Assembly (NCBI GenBank): GCA_943704425.1 | Contig: CALSCP010001836.1 | Span: forward strand, 1 to 33,313 | Length of the DNA stretch: 33,313 bases | Direction of reading: 5' to 3' | Source: Ministeria vibrans ATCC 50519 | Lineage: Eukaryota > Protista > Filasterea | In this document: positions 29,305-33,313 of the stretch, one piece after another | How positions within the stretch are numbered: position 1 is the first letter of the stretch | How the letters are laid out: each line of letters opens with the position of its first letter | Notes under the pieces: generated by a model | Databases searched by the model: none | Seen by the model: the letters and a program-made list of their open reading frames with translations, nothing else | Told to the model about the DNA's origin: nothing | Program-made: the position numbers and the translations under genes

Positions 29305-30177
29305 ATGAGTAGTATTAATTTATTATTGACTAATGACTTTTTTTTTCAACAGTTTTTGCAATGATCTTCCTGAAGACGACTGTCTGTGTCCTCGTCGCGG
29401 CACTGGCTGTGTGTTTTGCGTTTCCATGGAGAGTATCGTTGCCACTGACATGCACTCTCGTCGGCTGTGGCGTTGGGTTTGTTGCTTTCCAAACCCGAAA
29501 GGCATTGCCTTCGCTCTTCCTTGTTGCCGCGCTGAAACGACTGCGCAAAGCCGCACCGGCACCCGAGCCCAAAGTCGATCGCTTTGCCGGGGTGTGCCGG
29601 GTGTGCCTGTCGCCCCGCTGCTCGCGCGACCACAAAAACCAGACGAGAGGCGGACAGCGTCCGCCCGAAGAAGAGCCCATTGTCATCCAGCGCAACGTCG
29701 ACGAAGCCATTCGCGCCTTCATCGATCGCTTTGTGGACGAGTACGTCCGCGACGCGTGGTATGCCGACATCAGCGAGGACAAGAGTCCGACATTTCTGCG
29801 CGAAGCCAAAATCCACTTGGCACGACTCGCCGTTGCACTCATCCACCGCATCCGGAAGGTCGACTTGCCCACCCTTGTGTGCGACAAGATTCTTCCCGCT
29901 GCCATGACCCATTTACACGTATGTTGGTTGAAAAAGGCGCTTTGCGTGGTCAACGAGAGTTCAAGAGAGAGAGTTCAAGAGAGAGAGAGAGTTCAAGAGA
30001 GAGAGTTCAAGAGAGTTCAAGAGAGAGAGAGAGAGTTCAAGAGAGTTCAAGAGAGAGAGAGTTCAAGAGAGAGACGGAGTTCAAGAGAGAGAGTTCAAGA
30101 GAGAGAGTTCAAGAGAGAGAGTTCAAGAGAGAGAGAGTTCAAGAGAGAGAGAGTTCAAGAGAGAGAGAGAGAGTTCA

Positions 30178-30208
<31 letters not shown>

Positions 30209-30226
30209 AAGAGAGAGANNNNNNNN

Positions 30227-30284
<58 letters not shown>

Positions 30285-30550
30285 AAGGGAGAAAGAAGCA
30301 AAGTGATAGAGAGAGAAAGAAACAAAGTGATAGAGATAGAAACAAAGTGATAGAGAGAGAAAGAAACACAGTGATAGAGATAGAAACAAAGTGATAGAGA
30401 GAGAAACAAAGTGATAGAGAGAGAAAGAAACACAGTGATAGAGAGAGAAAGAAAGTGATAGAGATAGAAACAAAGTGATAGAGAGAGAAACAAAGTGATA
30501 GAGAGAGAAAGAAACAAAGTGATAGAGAGATAGAGCCGCAGCGAACTTAT

Positions 30551-30581
<31 letters not shown>

Positions 30582-33209
30582 GCACGGACGAAACAGGCTC
30601 GCGTTCGCGCATTGAGGGCCATTCGCGAGCGTCTTGGGCGTCAAGACGAACCGTTGTCCAACTTTTCAAGTTTGTGTTCGGCAGCGGCGACACGCCGTCA
30701 GTTCTTTGGAGGACTGCACGTCGCGGCGTCCAGTCGTGAAGCGGAAGCGGCCTACCTGCGCAACATCCTTGACCGTGTCCTTGGTGTGGTACTCTCGCCG
30801 ACGGTTCACGGCTCCTCGGCAACAACGGTAATTCTACGTGAGATTGTGCTCTACCGGCTGCTTGTGAATGCTCTCGACGCCGCGTCGGATCCACACTTCA
30901 TTTCGCGTCAGCTCATCGCGGCGCTCGAAGACGACGACGAAGAGCGTGTCGCTGCCAACTTTGCTAAGCCCGACTCGCCTCTCGTCTTTCTTCTGGCCAA
31001 CTACCCGGCGGCTGCAGTCAATGCACAGACACCCTCAGGCATGATTGTGAGCGCCGAGGCGGCCGGCACCAACGAGAACAGTGCCTTTACGCTCAACCTC
31101 ACCGACATCCTCTCGTCGCGTGCGCTTCTCTTCCACTTTATGAAGTTCATGGAGGAACAAGGTGCACTCAACTTGCTCCAGTTTGTGCTCGACTGCGAGT
31201 CACTCAACGACCAGCTCACGCAAGTCGAGCCCCCGCGCAATCGCGAGCGCCTTCTCGTGCAAGCGCAAGACATGTTTCGCGTACGACCACACCTTATTTC
31301 TCAATGTTTGTGCATCAGTATTGACAGAATATTTGCTTTTTTTTATACTATTTTTTGTGGTTGTGTGCAGATGTACGTGGCTGAGAATGCGACAGACCCC
31401 ATTGACTTCCCAAGGGAGATTCGTGATGAGGTGGCGCAGCTGATGGAGGAGCCCAATGCGCCTCTGCCACACACATTTGTGACCGCCTACTACGATGCCA
31501 TTGCGCGACTGGGCGCCGAGTTTTGCCCGCTCTTTCGCGCTTCTGAGCACTACTATAAGATTTTGGTGGCGGGAAAGAAGTTTAGCACGCGAACGAAGGA
31601 AGGGAAGGATGTCAAGCGGCCTTCGCTGGTGCAGGCCAAGAAGAGCGGTGGAAAGAGCATTTTGGGGAAGATTACCGATGCGGTTGGGGTAACGGGGCGC
31701 GGCAAACGCTCCGATGCGGCCAGCGGGTCTATCTCGGAGGATACACCGAATGTATCAGGAGGAGTGGGAGCGGCTGCCGACACAGCGAGCAGCGTGACGT
31801 CGCCGTCGTCCAAGGCCAAAGCAGTTGCTGGCAAGTCACTGTCTAGCACTGATGATGATCTATTGGCGCTTGCCGCAGCAAACCGTGCCAATATCTCACC
31901 GCGTCTTGACCGTAATTCCACCAGCAGCAACGCAAGTGGTAGTAGTGCGAGTGGTGGCAGTGGCGCTGTGGCGGGCACGAGCACGCCGGCCTCGCGCCGT
32001 CCTCCCTCGGTGCAGAGTGCCTCATCAGCTTATGCTTCCAATGACGAAGCTGACTCGCTCTTTGGTGATGATCATCACAGCAACACGAGCACTCTCGACG
32101 ACGACGGTTTATCCACGCCACGCGAGACAAGCGTCAGTAGTGGCAGTATTGCGCCTAGTATTGCGGCGCTTGAACGCTCTGACATGGCCCAGTGGACGGT
32201 GCGCATTCCATCCACGGAACTCGTGCGCGATCCCAACAAAAAGTATAGCGTCTACATCATCGAGGTGGCGCGCGCAATGTCCAACAGCAGCAACAACAAC
32301 AGAAGCAGCAGCAGTAGCAGCCGCCGCACTTCACGTCCATTGAGTGCCTCGGCCTTTGACACACACGCTGGCGACTCGAGCGTTCTCTCGACGCGTGTCT
32401 GGCAGCATCCCAACATCGAAGGAGACTGGGCCGTCTCGCGTCGCTACCACGAGTTCCTTCTGCTCCACGCTGGTCTGCGTCGTCTTCATGCAGCGGACAT
32501 TGGCGAGCTTGAGCTTCCCGGCAAGAAGACGTTTGGCACATTTGATGTGGCGTTTGTTGAGGAGCGGCGGTTCAAACTGGAAGGGTACCTTCAGCTGCTG
32601 CTGCGCCATCGCGCCTTGCACGTGTGCAGTCTGCTGCGCGCCTTCCTGCAGCCCACCGACGACTTCACCGAGCTGTCGCGGCCGTTTTCGTCGTCCGTCT
32701 CCATCCGCGGTCGTCTGCTACGCTTCAGCGAAGATATCCTCCAAGGCCCCACGGCGTTTGAGCCTATGCTCGTTAACGTGAGCGAACAGCGTCTTCCAGT
32801 CCAGCAGTCCTATGCAGCAGTCGAATCAGCACTGGCATCGTCACGGCACGCACTTCTTGCGCCTGCTACACCCTCGTCGCTCGCCTCCCTCTCCACCCAG
32901 CACTCCCCAACGCCCGACCCCACCACAAGCCGTTCTCTCTCCCCTGCCTTAGGCGCACCCATCACCCACTCTGCCACCCCGTCCATTTCTGACCTTCTTG
33001 ACGATCCTGAACTCGACCACCTGGTTCTTCCCGAACCCCCAAACGAAGGTAGAAGAGTGACGAAGCAAAGAAATGTGTGGTTTCATTTCGACTGTGATTT
33101 GCATATAGAATTGTACGATTGTGATCTGAATCTTCCGGAAGACAAAGGAGACCCGTCGCCAGTGGTGTGCGAAGAGCCCTTTGACTTTGTCACTTACGTT
33201 GTCACAGAG
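29305..33209 (+). CDS. SNX14: SNX14-like sorting nexin (TM-TM, PXA, RGS, PX); continues beyond the window
   Basis: Exons (short first exon near 29305, uncertain), 29353-29918, 30597-31280, 31371-33048, 33109-33209. Two hydrophobic segments; CRVCLSPRCSRDH; PXA YVRDAWYADISED and LHVAASSREAEAAYLR..ILREIV..DP; RGS LLFHFMKFMEEQGALNLLQF; PX WAVSRRYHEFLLLH..LPGKK..FVEERRFKLEGYLQLLL. The frame from 30597 appears open to the window end, which would explain its absence from the ORF track. Confidence 0.9.
29955..30280. repeat. (GA)n-GTTCAA satellite in an SNX14 intron
   Basis: Directly visible; contains a small N-gap. Confidence 0.95.
30290..30535. repeat. Minisatellite of ~19-23 nt unit GAAACAAAGTGATAGAGA(GAGAAA)
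   Basis: About 11 tandem variant copies in the same SNX14 intron. Confidence 0.9.
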
Positions 33210-33229
33210 GTACGTTCTAACCACAAGAT

Positions 33230-33263
33230 CAGAGAGAGAGAGAGAAGGGAGAGTAAGAGTGAA

Positions 33264-33313
<50 letters not shown>
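33230..33313. repeat. (GA)n microsatellite, intronic
   Basis: Directly visible after donor 33210. Confidence 0.9.

Overview
A gene-dense, intron-rich eukaryotic window (mostly GT-AG introns of about 50-100 nt, some expanded by microsatellites; four N-gaps). It is not prokaryotic. I assembled spliced gene models by hand, because the ORF track is mostly exon fragments and repeat noise. Order of genes: two tandem hybrid histidine kinases (the second has TM, CHASE-like, PAC, HisKA, HATPase, degenerate receiver and receiver regions); a lamin/intermediate-filament protein; mitochondrial processing peptidase beta; Integrator subunit 9; OTU1/YOD1; a metallothionein; a PRR11/MTFR-like proline-rich protein; eIF3g; a RhoGEF with an N-terminal syntrophin-like split-PH/PDZ module; DDX20/Gemin3; and the 5' part of an SNX14-like sorting nexin. 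Animal-like genes next to two-component kinases suggest a unicellular relative of animals (inference; organism not identified). Best leads: (1) a lamin-type IF protein with a short rod and no CaaX, NLS or head CDK1 site, resembling a cytoplasmic IF; (2) cytokinin-receptor-like kinases that both end in class I PDZ-binding motifs; (3) a syntrophin-module/Dbl-GEF fusion; (4) structured GC-rich blocks in the first intron of the peptidase gene. All family calls rest on motif recognition, not database searches.
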